A DNA stretch of 64,000 nucleotides from Leptolyngbyaceae cyanobacterium (GTDB lineage Bacteria > Cyanobacteriota > Cyanobacteriia > Phormidesmidales > Phormidesmidaceae), in NCBI GenBank assembly GCA_965263355.1, contig CBDHHL010000032.1:2656001-2720000 (forward strand), written 5' to 3'. Positions within the stretch are counted from its first letter, which is position 1. Each line of letters starts with the position of its first letter. Shown piece by piece: positions 18,882 to 28,672 of this stretch. The position numbers were made by a program, and so were the translations under genes. The notes below the pieces were generated by a model. The model was not told where the DNA came from. It did not search any database and was given only the letters and a program-made list of their open reading frames with translations.

Positions 18882-20504
18882 ATGGTATTGATTGCCGGTC
18901 AGCCCCGCCAGTGGGATAATCTTTCCTGTCAGCAGGGAGGTGTGAGTACTGTTGCTACACGCTGCGTTATTTGTGGAAGCGTTCACGCTACTCAAGATCA
19001 CTGGCGTTTGATGGCTGAGGCTGAGATGCCCCAGAGTCCGGTCGAGCTGATCGATGATCTGGTGAAGATGCGGATGTATCGGCCTGAGGCCATCGAAACA
19101 GCTGATGCCATTAGTCAAGCAGAATTGCGCACGGCCCTGTTTATTAGCATGGTGGGTAAGGGGGAGCCCAAGCGAGAGAAGCTGGTGCGAGATTTGATCC
19201 AGCTGGCGGGCGGTCTTGACCAGGCGTTTAGTGCAGCCTTTGGCCCCAAGGCGGGAGAATTTTTTACCGACGCTAAGCGTATAAGCCAGGTAACTCGTCG
19301 TAAGTTTTTGCAGAATATTGCGGTGGGTGCTGCTCTGGTTACGCTGGCAAATTGTGATTCTACACCGGATGTGGTAGAGACACCGACGGCAGAAGCACCC
19401 GTGGGCACGACTTCCACTGGAGATTTAGAAAAATCCAACCTCAAGGTGGCGTTTCTCCCCATCACCTGTGCCACACCGATTATTATGTCGAAACCGTTGG
19501 GCATTTATGAGAAACACGGTCTCGATGTGGAACTGATGAAGTATGCTAGTTGGTCAGTGGTGAGGGATGCTGCGATCGCAGGTGAACTTGACGCCTATCA
19601 TATGCTAGCCCCCATGCCCATTGCTATGTCCCTGGGCCTTGGTTCTACCCCCTTCTCCGTTAAGCTAGCCAGCATTGAGAACAATAATGGCCAGGGCATT
19701 GCCGTCGCCAAGAAACACCTGGGCAAGGTAAAGGGACCTGCTGACTTTAAGGGTATGACCATTGGCATTCCCTACGATTATTCCAATCACAACTTGTTGT
19801 TGCGCTACTATCTAGCTACGGGTGGTCTCGACCCTGACAATGACGTAAAGTTGTTGATCTTGCCGCCACCGGATGCGATCGCAAAAATGTCCACTGGCCA
19901 AATCGACGCCTTTATCCTACCCGACAACTTTACCCAGCGGGTAGTGCAGGATAACATTGGCTTTATTCACCTATTAACCAAGGATCTGTGGGCCGGACAT
20001 CCCTGCTGTGCCTTTGTCGCCGCCCAAAACTGGATCGACGAGAACCCCAACACATTCCGTGCCTTGAACAAGGCCATCATTGACGGGGCCACCTATGCCA
20101 ACAATCCAGCCAACCGCAAAGAAATCGCCGCTGCCATTGCCCCACGGGAATATCTTAACCAGCCATTGCCGGTGTTAGAAGCTGTCATGACCGGTAAATT
20201 TGAAGATGGTCAGGGCAACACCTTAGATATTCCCGACCGGATTTACTTTGACCCCTATCCCTGGAAGAGTTTTGCCAGCTGGATTACCACCCAGCTAGTA
20301 CGTTGGGATTACACCACTGCGGATAAGGTGACCGATGGTGGTCAGGAGTTTTTCTTGACCGATCTGGCACGGGAGTTAGCGAACGAGCTTGGTGTAGACG
20401 CCCCAGATGAAATCTCACGTATCGAGAAAATGCAATTTGGCGATTTTGATCCAAGCAAAGCAGATGAATATTTGAAAGAACAAATCGATAAATTTGGTGT
20501 TTAA
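18882..20504 (+). CDS. CmpA/NrtA/CynA-family ABC substrate-binding protein, paralog 1, with long N-terminal extension
   Basis: FLPITCATPII, GHPCC, DRIYFDPYPW; internal TRRKFL and LANC lipobox; strongly similar to 23255..24895. Confidence 0.9.
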   Translation: MVLIAGQPRQWDNLSCQQGGVSTVATRCVICGSVHATQDHWRLMAEAEMPQSPVELIDDLVKMRMYRPEAIETADAISQAELRTALFISMVGKGEPKREKLVRDLIQLAGGLDQAFSAAFGPKAGEFFTDAKRISQVTRRKFLQNIAVGAALVTLANCDSTPDVVETPTAEAPVGTTSTGDLEKSNLKVAFLPITCATPIIMSKPLGIYEKHGLDVELMKYASWSVVRDAAIAGELDAYHMLAPMPIAMSLGLGSTPFSVKLASIENNNGQGIAVAKKHLGKVKGPADFKGMTIGIPYDYSNHNLLLRYYLATGGLDPDNDVKLLILPPPDAIAKMSTGQIDAFILPDNFTQRVVQDNIGFIHLLTKDLWAGHPCCAFVAAQNWIDENPNTFRALNKAIIDGATYANNPANRKEIAAAIAPREYLNQPLPVLEAVMTGKFEDGQGNTLDIPDRIYFDPYPWKSFASWITTQLVRWDYTTADKVTDGGQEFFLTDLARELANELGVDAPDEISRIEKMQFGDFDPSKADEYLKEQIDKFGV

Positions 20505-20592
20505 ACGGTATCTGTTAGGAGCTGGCTTATTTACCTGGAATTTGAGCTTTATGCCCTAATAAATCTTTGGTAGAAACCGATCAGGATAGATA

Positions 20593-20753
20593 TAATCGAC
20601 CTCGCTGTACCCCCTAACTAAATGCAATTAGAGATAACTGTACGGTGGTTTGTAGGGCGGCGTTCCGGCCCTGCCCAGGGGAAACCCCAGTTTGCCTAAA
20701 AGAGATAACTTAAGTTCATCCGGAAAGGGAACACGGAGGGACCCCCAAGCAAC
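20593..20753 (-). repeat. Dispersed repeat family R1, copy B
   Basis: Reverse complement aligns with 9775-9940 and 43992-44125. Confidence 0.85.
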
Positions 20754-20787
20754 ATTTTTAAATTCCCAGGAAAATCCCTGTTAACCC

Positions 20788-21993
20788 TCACTCCCCCACC
20801 AACATCAACGGCAATATCACCTTAAACGTCGTCCCTTCACCCAGCTGACTCTTCACCTGAATTTCTCCCTGCTGAAAATCAACAAACTGCTTAACAATAC
20901 TCAACCCCAAGCCAGTCCCTGGAATATTACTCACATTCTTACCCCGATGAAACGGCTCAAACAAGTGAGGATAGTCCTCCGGCGGAATCCCTAAACCGCA
21001 GTCTTTGACCACAAAGACCGCCTGATCTTTGTGCCGAAATAACGATAGACAGACCGGTTTCCCATCGGGAGTATAGCGAATCGCGTTGGATAAAATATTT
21101 GTCAAAATCGAGCGCAGCAGCGTTTGATCCAATTTGGCAATCAGGGGCTTATGGCGTCCTGTAAACTCTAACTGACCTGTTTCCGATGGTAGCTCTGATA
21201 GCAAATTGCGACAAAAATCCACCAGATTTAAAGGTTCAGGATTTAAAGACAGACGCTTGGCCTCCAATTTGCCGAGAACCAAAATATCATCAATCATCTG
21301 GGTCATGCGCTCCACATTCTCTTTAATATCTAAGAGATATTGATTTTTTTGTGCCGGTGATAATTTTTCGTCATACCGTCTTAAAGACGATACCGACAAC
21401 GCAATATTGTTCATTGGATTGCGAAACTCATGGCATACCATAGACACAAATCGAGACTTAAGATTGCTCAGCTCCCGCAATTGTTCATTGGCGGCATAGA
21501 GTTCAGCAGTCCGTTCTTGTACTTTTAGTTCCAGATCCTCATTGGTCTGTTGCAATATGGCTTCAGCCCATTTTCGCTGACTAATATCACGAAACGTAAC
21601 CACGGCTCCAATCAGATTGCCATGCTCATCCCGCATGGGCGTACTGATATATTCCACTGGAAAACAGGTGCCGTCCTTACGCCAAAACACTTCATCGTTA
21701 ACCCGCTGCACATGTCCCTTTTGGAAAACCTCATAAATAGGACAACATTCTCTAGGATAGGGGCTGCCATCAGCATGGGAATGGTGCAGCACCCGATGCA
21801 TGGACTGACCAATTAAATCCTCCATTTCCCAATCAATCATGGCGGCAGCAGCAGGGTTTACAAAGGTTACATTACCCTGCACGTCCAAACCATAAACGCC
21901 TTCTCCCACCGCATTGAGAATCAGCTGATGCTGACGGCGTAGAGCTTCGAGCGCCTGATGATCAGAAAGATGAGTGGAACCCTGGGATTTCAT
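20788..21993 (-). CDS. Cytoplasmic PAS-domain sensor histidine kinase
   Basis: PAS/PAC (FVNPAA...FWRKDG..FPVE...FRDIS), H-box HEFRNP, NAIRY, D.GLGI, GTGLGL; no TM segment. Confidence 0.94.
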   Translation of the reverse strand: MKSQGSTHLSDHQALEALRRQHQLILNAVGEGVYGLDVQGNVTFVNPAAAAMIDWEMEDLIGQSMHRVLHHSHADGSPYPRECCPIYEVFQKGHVQRVNDEVFWRKDGTCFPVEYISTPMRDEHGNLIGAVVTFRDISQRKWAEAILQQTNEDLELKVQERTAELYAANEQLRELSNLKSRFVSMVCHEFRNPMNNIALSVSSLRRYDEKLSPAQKNQYLLDIKENVERMTQMIDDILVLGKLEAKRLSLNPEPLNLVDFCRNLLSELPSETGQLEFTGRHKPLIAKLDQTLLRSILTNILSNAIRYTPDGKPVCLSLFRHKDQAVFVVKDCGLGIPPEDYPHLFEPFHRGKNVSNIPGTGLGLSIVKQFVDFQQGEIQVKSQLGEGTTFKVILPLMLVGE

Positions 21994-22269
21994 AAAGTTG
22001 TCTAAGACTGTAGTGCATTACACCACGGTGGATTCTAAAAACCCGTAGATATGTATGTAAGTGTATAGTGTTTCGTCAAGCTTAATGATTCTCCGTAACT
22101 TGATAGAGAGTGGTATGCCAAAATGTTGGCGTAGGCCGTAAAGGACTATAGGGTAATTCTTTACTCTCCACTCTTTATCTATTCCTTACAGAAATTTTTA
22201 GCCTTGATATTGCCCTAACAAGTAATCGTAGATTATCAGTATTACCCTCCATCGTAGATAGTAAGGGCC

Positions 22270-23040
22270 ATGGCTAAAACAATTCTTGTCATTGAAGATG
22301 AGGCCCAAACGAGAGAAATTTTTCTCCGATGTTTGAAATTTGAAAGGTTTGAGGGTATTGGTGCCGAAAATGGCTCAACGGGGGTGAGGTTAGCCAAGAA
22401 ACATTGTCCTGACCTGGTGGTTTGTGACATCATGATGCCGGATATGGATGGCTATGAAGTGCTGGCCTGCCTGCGGGAAAATGATGTAACAGCCTCAATT
22501 CCATTTATTTTTTTGACGGCTAAGGTGGAAATGACTGATCTGCGCCAGGGAATGACGTTGGGGGCAGATGACTATCTGACAAAGCCCTGTACGGTGGAGA
22601 ATTTTTTGGATGCGATCGCAGCCCGCCTAAAACGCCAGGAAGACCTGAAACGAGGTCTAGAAAAGCTGCCTGCCCCCCCTCAAGAAAAGGACAGGTCTGT
22701 GGAAACAATTTTTCCTGACTGTCCTCGACTAAGGGCAGTATTTGAATTTATTGAAGCTAATTATCAGCAATCTATTCATCTTACCGACGTGGCCCAGGCT
22801 GTGGGCTATTCCCCTGCCTATTTGACTAACCTATCCCAAAGCCAAACAGGGCGTACAGTCAAAGCATGGATCATTGAACGTCGCATGGCTCAAGCCCGTC
22901 AATTATTAGCCAACACCGCTGAATCGATTAAACAAATTGCCGACAGTATTGGTTATGCCGATGCCGGCTACTTTACCCGACAATTTCGTAAACTCCATGG
23001 TGTTACGCCTCAGATGTGGCGCAGTCAGCCCAATCTGTAA
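22270..23040 (+). CDS. Response regulator (REC plus AraC HTH)
   Basis: IEDE, CDIMMP, FLTAK, YLTKP; C-term IADSIGYADAGYFTRQFRK. Confidence 0.94.
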   Translation: MAKTILVIEDEAQTREIFLRCLKFERFEGIGAENGSTGVRLAKKHCPDLVVCDIMMPDMDGYEVLACLRENDVTASIPFIFLTAKVEMTDLRQGMTLGADDYLTKPCTVENFLDAIAARLKRQEDLKRGLEKLPAPPQEKDRSVETIFPDCPRLRAVFEFIEANYQQSIHLTDVAQAVGYSPAYLTNLSQSQTGRTVKAWIIERRMAQARQLLANTAESIKQIADSIGYADAGYFTRQFRKLHGVTPQMWRSQPNL

Positions 23041-23098
23041 CAACCGCAACAAAATGTTCTGGCAATATTATCTAAATTCGTAACAACCGCAACAAAAT
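23037..23098 (+). promoter_or_regulatory. 19-bp direct repeat pair, candidate regulator sites upstream of the cyn operon
   Basis: GTAACAACCGCAACAAAAT at 23037-23055 and 23080-23098. Confidence 0.5.
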
Positions 23099-23254
23099 CA
23101 CTCTCTAAATAATAAACAGACCTGAAAAGTCCTAGTTTTGCAAAAATTAGTCCGATGTAATCTCCGGGTGAGATTGATATAAATTACACTATCGAATCTC
23201 GCAAATATTACTAATCAGTAGTTTCAGTCAACGCTAGTTAAGGTGAGTACTCCT

Positions 23255-24895
23255 ATGGTTTTAACCAACCCACAAACCGATCAAAAATGGGACAATCTGA
23301 ATTGCGATCGCGGTAATCTCACCGATTTTCAGATGGCCTGTATCATCTGTGGTGGGGCTCATCTAACCCAGTCTCACTGGGAGTTTCTTCAGACTATGCC
23401 CCAGGACCCGGTGGACATGGTAGAAGACCTGATGAAGATGGGGCTATATAAGGATCAGCAATTGCGGGCGGCAGATAAAGTTAATGCCTACGAATTGCGT
23501 AAGACTCTTTTGTTAAAGGCTGCTGGTAAAGGTGATCCCAAGCGAGAAAAGTTGGTGTTGGCCCTGGCTGAGCAGGCTGGCGGTATTGAAAATGCCTTCG
23601 CTGCTGCCTTTGGTCCCCAGGCCGGGTTGTTCTTCAACGACACCATTCGTAATAGCCAATTTACCCGTCGAGAATTTATCAAGAACTTAGCTATTGGTGC
23701 TGCGCTGGTTACCCTCAGTAACTGTGGTGGTAAGCCTGAAGAGCCAGCAGCTGTAGACGATGCGGCAGCTCCAGTAGATACGTCCGGGCTAGAAAAAACA
23801 GATTTGAAGATTGGGTTTATCCCCATCACCTGTGCCACCCCGATCATTATGGCGGAGCCTTTAGGTTTCTATAAGAAGTATGGGTTCAATGCAGAAGTGG
23901 TGAAAATGCCCAGCTGGGGTGCCGTGCGTGACTCAGCCATTGCAGGAGAATTGGATGCATACCACATGCTGGCACCTATGCCCATTGCCATGACCCTGGG
24001 TCTGGGTTCGGCCTCCTTTGGGGTGAAGCTAGCCAGCATTGAAAATATTAACGGTCAGGCCATTACGGTGGCCGAGAAATATAAGGGACAAATCAACGGG
24101 CCAGCGGACTTTAAAGGTTTCACCATCGGGGTGCCATTTCCCTATTCTATGCACAATCTGTTGATGCGTTATTATCTGGCAACCGGTGGTATCGACCCAG
24201 ATGTAGATGTGAAGATTCGCCCAGTTCCCCCACCGGATAGTATTGCTCAGCTTGTGGCAGGTGACATTGACGCCTATCTAATGCCCGATCCCTTTAACCA
24301 GCGGGCTGTGTTTGAAGGCGCTGGGTTTATCTTTAAGCTGACAAAAGATCTCTGGCCTGGTCATCCCTGCTGTGCCTTTGCTGCCAGTGACCAGTGGATT
24401 GATGCCAATCCCAACACCTTTAGAGCCCTCAACAAGTCCATTATCGATGCGGCTGGCTACGCCAGGGATCCAGCTAACCGGCCTGAAATTGCCAAGGCGA
24501 TTTCTGAGAGAGCCTTCCTAAATCAGCCAGTGGAGGTCGTAGAAGCCGTATTGACAGGTAATTTTGAAGATGGTCAGGGAAATACTCTAAACGTGCCAGA
24601 TCGGATCGACTTTGATCCTTACCCCTGGCAGAGTTTTGCAAACTGGATTTCTTCTCAGTTGGTACGTTGGGATCTGCAAGGAGATGGCAAGGCTGCTGAG
24701 GTGATTACCTCTGATACTTACGACCAGGTAGGTAAAGATATCTTCCTGACTGATCTGGCAAGGGAGTTATCCCAGGAAGTAGGTCTGAATCCACCCGATG
24801 ATATTTATCGGACTGAAACCCTTGAATTTGATACCTTTGACCCCGCTGATCCCGCTGCCTATGTCAAGGAACAAATTGATAAGAATGGAGTTTAA
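23255..24895 (+). CDS. cynA: Cyanate ABC transporter substrate-binding protein
   Basis: CmpA/NrtA motifs; first gene of an operon ending in cyanase; ATG 23255 aligns with the start of the paralog. Confidence 0.85.
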   Translation: MVLTNPQTDQKWDNLNCDRGNLTDFQMACIICGGAHLTQSHWEFLQTMPQDPVDMVEDLMKMGLYKDQQLRAADKVNAYELRKTLLLKAAGKGDPKREKLVLALAEQAGGIENAFAAAFGPQAGLFFNDTIRNSQFTRREFIKNLAIGAALVTLSNCGGKPEEPAAVDDAAAPVDTSGLEKTDLKIGFIPITCATPIIMAEPLGFYKKYGFNAEVVKMPSWGAVRDSAIAGELDAYHMLAPMPIAMTLGLGSASFGVKLASIENINGQAITVAEKYKGQINGPADFKGFTIGVPFPYSMHNLLMRYYLATGGIDPDVDVKIRPVPPPDSIAQLVAGDIDAYLMPDPFNQRAVFEGAGFIFKLTKDLWPGHPCCAFAASDQWIDANPNTFRALNKSIIDAAGYARDPANRPEIAKAISERAFLNQPVEVVEAVLTGNFEDGQGNTLNVPDRIDFDPYPWQSFANWISSQLVRWDLQGDGKAAEVITSDTYDQVGKDIFLTDLARELSQEVGLNPPDDIYRTETLEFDTFDPADPAAYVKEQIDKNGV

Positions 24896-24945
24896 CAGCA
24901 TTTGGTATCTGGTTTTAGCATCTGGAAATAGGAGGAATAAATTGA

Positions 24946-25797
24946 ATGGCCCTAAGTACGCCGCCAGTTAAGCCAGCTGTAAGTAACGTTAAAGGTACGG
25001 ATAGTAGTACTCCATGGTTAAATGAAAATGTTAAAGCGTTGGGACTGTTTATCATCTCATTGCTTTTATTCCTACTGTTTTGGGAAGTTGGGGCAAACCT
25101 AAAGCTGTTTGCGAAGGGTATGCCCACGGCTTCGACAACACTTAAGGAGCTTTGGTGGTGGATCACCAATCCGTTTTTTGATAACGGCCCCAATGACTTG
25201 GGAATCGGTTGGAATTTGTTGATTAGCTTGCGCCGGGTAGCCATTGGCTATATCTTAGCTTCCCTAATTGCGGTTCCTCTGGGAATTTTAATCGGGATCT
25301 CACCCATTGCCTACAAAGCCTTTAATCCCTATGTGCAGCTGTTAAAACCAGTGTCTCCCTTGGCCTGGTTACCACTGGGGTTGTATATCTTTCGAGATTC
25401 AGAAAAAACTGGGGTTTTTATCATTCTTATCTCCAGTATCTGGCCCACCCTAATCAACACCGCTTTCGGTGTGGCCAATGTGAACCCAGAATATCTCGAT
25501 GTCTCTAAAACCTTAGGAGCTTCAAGGCTACGCACCATTTTCAAGGTAATAATCCCAGCAGCTTTGCCCAATATTGTGTCCGGCTTACGGATTAGCATGG
25601 GGATCTCTTGGTTGGTTATTGTAGCGGCTGAGATGCTTTTGGGAACTGGATTAGGCTACTTTATATGGAATGAGTGGAACAACCTCTACATTCCAAATAT
25701 TTTGGTAGCCATTTTTATCATTGGTTTGGTGGGGCTAATTTTGGATAACATCTTTGGTGCCCTAGAAAAATTTGTTGCGTTTGGTCGTAAAGCGTGA
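24946..25797 (+). CDS. cynB: Cyanate ABC transporter permease (NrtB type)
   Basis: [33 protein letters not shown]. Confidence 0.87.
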   Translation: MALSTPPVKPAVSNVKGTDSSTPWLNENVKALGLFIISLLLFLLFWEVGANLKLFAKGMPTASTTLKELWWWITNPFFDNGPNDLGIGWNLLISLRRVAIGYILASLIAVPLGILIGISPIAYKAFNPYVQLLKPVSPLAWLPLGLYIFRDSEKTGVFIILISSIWPTLINTAFGVANVNPEYLDVSKTLGASRLRTIFKVIIPAALPNIVSGLRISMGISWLVIVAAEMLLGTGLGYFIWNEWNNLYIPNILVAIFIIGLVGLILDNIFGALEKFVAFGRKA

Positions 25798-26687
25798 GCA
25801 TTGCTTCCGTCAATTATTCCCATAATGGTGCCGTGTCTTCTGAACCTGAATTTTCTTCAGCCCAGCTTTCCATTCGCAATGTGACGAAGGTATTTGCGGG
25901 TAAGAGAGATTTCTTCAGTAAGCTATCGGGTAAAACATCCCGAGACTTTGTGGCTATTGAGGATATCAGTTTAGACATTGAGCCCAATACATTTGTCTCT
26001 ATCATTGGTCCATCGGGCTGTGGTAAGTCTACGCTGCTCAATATGGTGGCCGGGTTATCACCTGTGACCCGAGGAGAAATCTTGCTAAATGGTTATCCTG
26101 TTCAGGGACCAGGTCCTGATCGAGGGATGGTATTTCAGAACTATGCCCTGATGCCCTGGATGACGGTTGAAGAGAATATCCGTTTTGCTGTAGAAACAGT
26201 GTTTTCTAAGCTGTCACCTAAGCAGATGACTCGTGCCATCAAAGAACAGATTCAACTTGTGGGTCTGGAAGGTGCCGAAAAGAAGCATCCCCATGAGCTA
26301 TCGGGGGGGATGCGGCAGCGGGTAGGTATTGCCCGTGCGCTGGCGATTAATCCTCAGATTTTGCTGATGGATGAACCCTTTGGTGCCCTGGATGCCTTAA
26401 CTCGTGGATTCTTGCAAAGCGAAGTTGAGCGCATTTGGGAGCAGCAGCGTAAAACGGTGATTATGATTACCCACAGTATTGAAGAAGCGCTGTTGCTGTC
26501 AGACCGTATCGTTATGATGACCCGAGGTCCAGCGGCTCGGATTGATGAGATCCTGGACGTTCCGTTTCCCCGTCCTCGCGATCGCGAAACCATCGATCAG
26601 CATCCAGCGTATCACGATCTAAAAGCCGAGATGGAAAGTCATCTGTTCCGTGAGACCCGTGCCGTGGAAGAGTCTCGCATTCGCTAA
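25794..26687 (+). CDS. cynD: Cyanate ABC transporter ATP-binding protein
   Basis: [28 protein letters not shown]. Confidence 0.87.
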   Translation: MSIASVNYSHNGAVSSEPEFSSAQLSIRNVTKVFAGKRDFFSKLSGKTSRDFVAIEDISLDIEPNTFVSIIGPSGCGKSTLLNMVAGLSPVTRGEILLNGYPVQGPGPDRGMVFQNYALMPWMTVEENIRFAVETVFSKLSPKQMTRAIKEQIQLVGLEGAEKKHPHELSGGMRQRVGIARALAINPQILLMDEPFGALDALTRGFLQSEVERIWEQQRKTVIMITHSIEEALLLSDRIVMMTRGPAARIDEILDVPFPRPRDRETIDQHPAYHDLKAEMESHLFRETRAVEESRIR

Positions 26688-26752
26688 CGAGTGCGATTGT
26701 CCAGTAAGCGTTTTCCTTTTCAATTATCGAAATCAAGAGGTGATTTTTTGTT

Positions 26753-27196
26753 ATGGCTATTCCCGAAATTTCTGCAAAGTTTCTTGCCGCAAAGAAAGAG
26801 AAAGGTCTGACATTTGCTGATCTTGAGTCTAAGCTAGGCTACGACGAAGTCTGGATTGCGTCGGTGCTATATCGTCAGGCGAGTGCCTCTGAAGAGGAAG
26901 CCACCAAAATTGTGGAAGCCTTAGGTATGGGGCCAGAGTTTGTTGAGTACTTAACAGAATGTCCCATGAAAGGTGGTTTAGATCCCCTTGTACCCACCGA
27001 TCCATTGATTTATCGTTTCTATGAAATCATGCAGGTCTATGGCGTACCTGTGAAGGAAGTTGTCCATGAGAAATTTGGCGATGGCATCATGAGCGCCATT
27101 GATTTCTCCATTGATGTGGAGAGAGAAGAAGATCCCAAGGGCGATCGCGTCAAAGTCATCATGTGTGGCAAATTCTTACCCTATAAGAAGTGGTAA
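26753..27196 (+). CDS. cynS: Cyanase (cyanate hydratase)
   Basis: [30 protein letters not shown]. Confidence 0.97.
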   Translation: MAIPEISAKFLAAKKEKGLTFADLESKLGYDEVWIASVLYRQASASEEEATKIVEALGMGPEFVEYLTECPMKGGLDPLVPTDPLIYRFYEIMQVYGVPVKEVVHEKFGDGIMSAIDFSIDVEREEDPKGDRVKVIMCGKFLPYKKW

Positions 27197-27253
27197 GACC
27201 GCTTTTCACTCTCCGCTTTCCTTGAATTCACTCTTCACCTTTCTTAAAGCAGC

Positions 27254-27289
27254 AGCACTTTTGGCCTAGCCAAAAGTGCTATTTTTTTG
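27254..27289 (+). terminator. Intrinsic terminator after cynS
   Basis: AGCACTTTTGGC-CTA-GCCAAAAGTGCT followed by ATTTTTTTG. Confidence 0.85.
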
Positions 27290-27298
27290 TTATGAGGG

Positions 27299-27410
27299 CT
27301 GATACAAATCCGAATTTATTAAAACCCATTAAACATGGACAATCCTGTAGGGGCACTCCCTTGTGGATACCCCTCGATATCGGGTGCTATCAGTTAGAAT
27401 TTTGTATTAG
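27299..27410. repeat. Small IR-bounded element with an internal GTAG-type REP
   Basis: CTGATACAAATCCGAA ... TTAGAATTTTGTATTAG ends; internal GTAGGGGCACTCCCTTGTGGATACCCC. Confidence 0.4.
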
Positions 27411-27470
27411 AGAAGATGTATACCTGTTGGAATCACCTTCAAATCCTTTTTCTGGCCGCTTGACATCCGG

Positions 27471-28604
27471 CTATCGTGTCAATGAATTGTGAGAATGACT
27501 GCCTTTGAGATAGCAATGACAGTTGGGCTTCTCAATCAAGGTTGTCACCAGTGAATTAAGAGCGACGGCTGCTAATAGCCCTCCTCCCTGAGTGCCTTCA
27601 GTGGTGATAAACGGTACGCCACTGTGCTGCAAACGCCGTTTAGCCGCAGGGGCGTGGCTGAATCCGATGGGCAGACCGATCACGAGAGCTGGCTCTAATT
27701 GTTGTGCTTGAACAGCCTCACAGACAGCCATCAAAACAGAGGGGGCGTACCCAATCACTAAGACACACCCTGTTGGCAAATCAGATAATTTAGAACGCCA
27801 TTGGTCTTGTTGCCAAAACGTTTGCTCTGCTTCGGCAGCGTTATTAATATGCGGATTATCGATCAGCGTTTGAACAGAACACCCTAAATGGGCTAACCGG
27901 GTTTGGTCGAGGGCTGTAATGACGGCTGGAATGTCGCTTACCACAGTGCAGCCTTGCTTCAAGGTGTCGCGGGCAACCCTAATGGCATCAAAGCTTAAAC
28001 GAACAAAAGGCACCAAACTAACATCACCACAGGCTAAAACCATTTGGGAGAGCAAATCCACCTCAATTTCTGAACGCTCTGACAGATCGGGCAATAAGTG
28101 CTCTAGGGCCTGCTGAAAGTTTTCGGGATGATTGTGAGCTGCACAATCAAGCTCATCCCATACCCGATGGGTGGCTAACTCGTTGGCCTCAACTTCTAGA
28201 ACACGCAATTGTGCTAAGGCTTCGGCTTGCACAGTTTGGCAACCCTGGTCCCGTCCTAAAATGCCCTCCACAGCCATCGCTGTTTGTCGCAACTGCACAA
28301 GCTGGCGCATCAACGTTTGATAATGCTGTTGCAACTGCTCCATTACTGCCATTGAATTCAGTGTTGCCTGCGTGTCGAGCAATTGTTGAATATGGCTCAG
28401 CTGGAAGCCTTGTTGCTTGAGCGCCACAATACGCCGCAACCGTTGCACATCGGCATCATCGTAAAGGCGATAATTGCCGCGAGATCGCTTGGGCTGAGGC
28501 AGTAACCCCAACTGATGATAGTGACGCACCATGCGCGGTGTCACCTGGCCGCCAACAGTTTCAGTCAGCTCTTTAATGGTTAACTGCTGCTTAGTTTGGG
28601 TCAT
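27471..28604 (-). CDS. coaR: MerR-family regulator fused to precorrin-8X methylmutase-like domain (CoaR/CorR cobalt sensor)
   Basis: TPRMVRHYH..GLL..RSRGNYRLY MerR HTH; IGYAPS, IGLPIGF, GTQGG CobH-like motifs; C-term CHC. Confidence 0.85.
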   Translation of the reverse strand: MTQTKQQLTIKELTETVGGQVTPRMVRHYHQLGLLPQPKRSRGNYRLYDDADVQRLRRIVALKQQGFQLSHIQQLLDTQATLNSMAVMEQLQQHYQTLMRQLVQLRQTAMAVEGILGRDQGCQTVQAEALAQLRVLEVEANELATHRVWDELDCAAHNHPENFQQALEHLLPDLSERSEIEVDLLSQMVLACGDVSLVPFVRLSFDAIRVARDTLKQGCTVVSDIPAVITALDQTRLAHLGCSVQTLIDNPHINNAAEAEQTFWQQDQWRSKLSDLPTGCVLVIGYAPSVLMAVCEAVQAQQLEPALVIGLPIGFSHAPAAKRRLQHSGVPFITTEGTQGGGLLAAVALNSLVTTLIEKPNCHCYLKGSHSHNSLTR

Positions 28605-28606
28605 GG

Positions 28607-28646
28607 AGGTCAACCTTAACATTTACAAGAATGTTAAGGTTGACCT
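28607..28646. promoter_or_regulatory. CoaR-type MerR operator
   Basis: Perfect 17-6-17 IR AGGTCAACCTTAACATT-TACAAG-AATGTTAAGGTTGACCT directly upstream of the coaR start. Confidence 0.82.
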
Positions 28647-28672
28647 TAGCATTTTTTGTGTGCTTTTCTACA

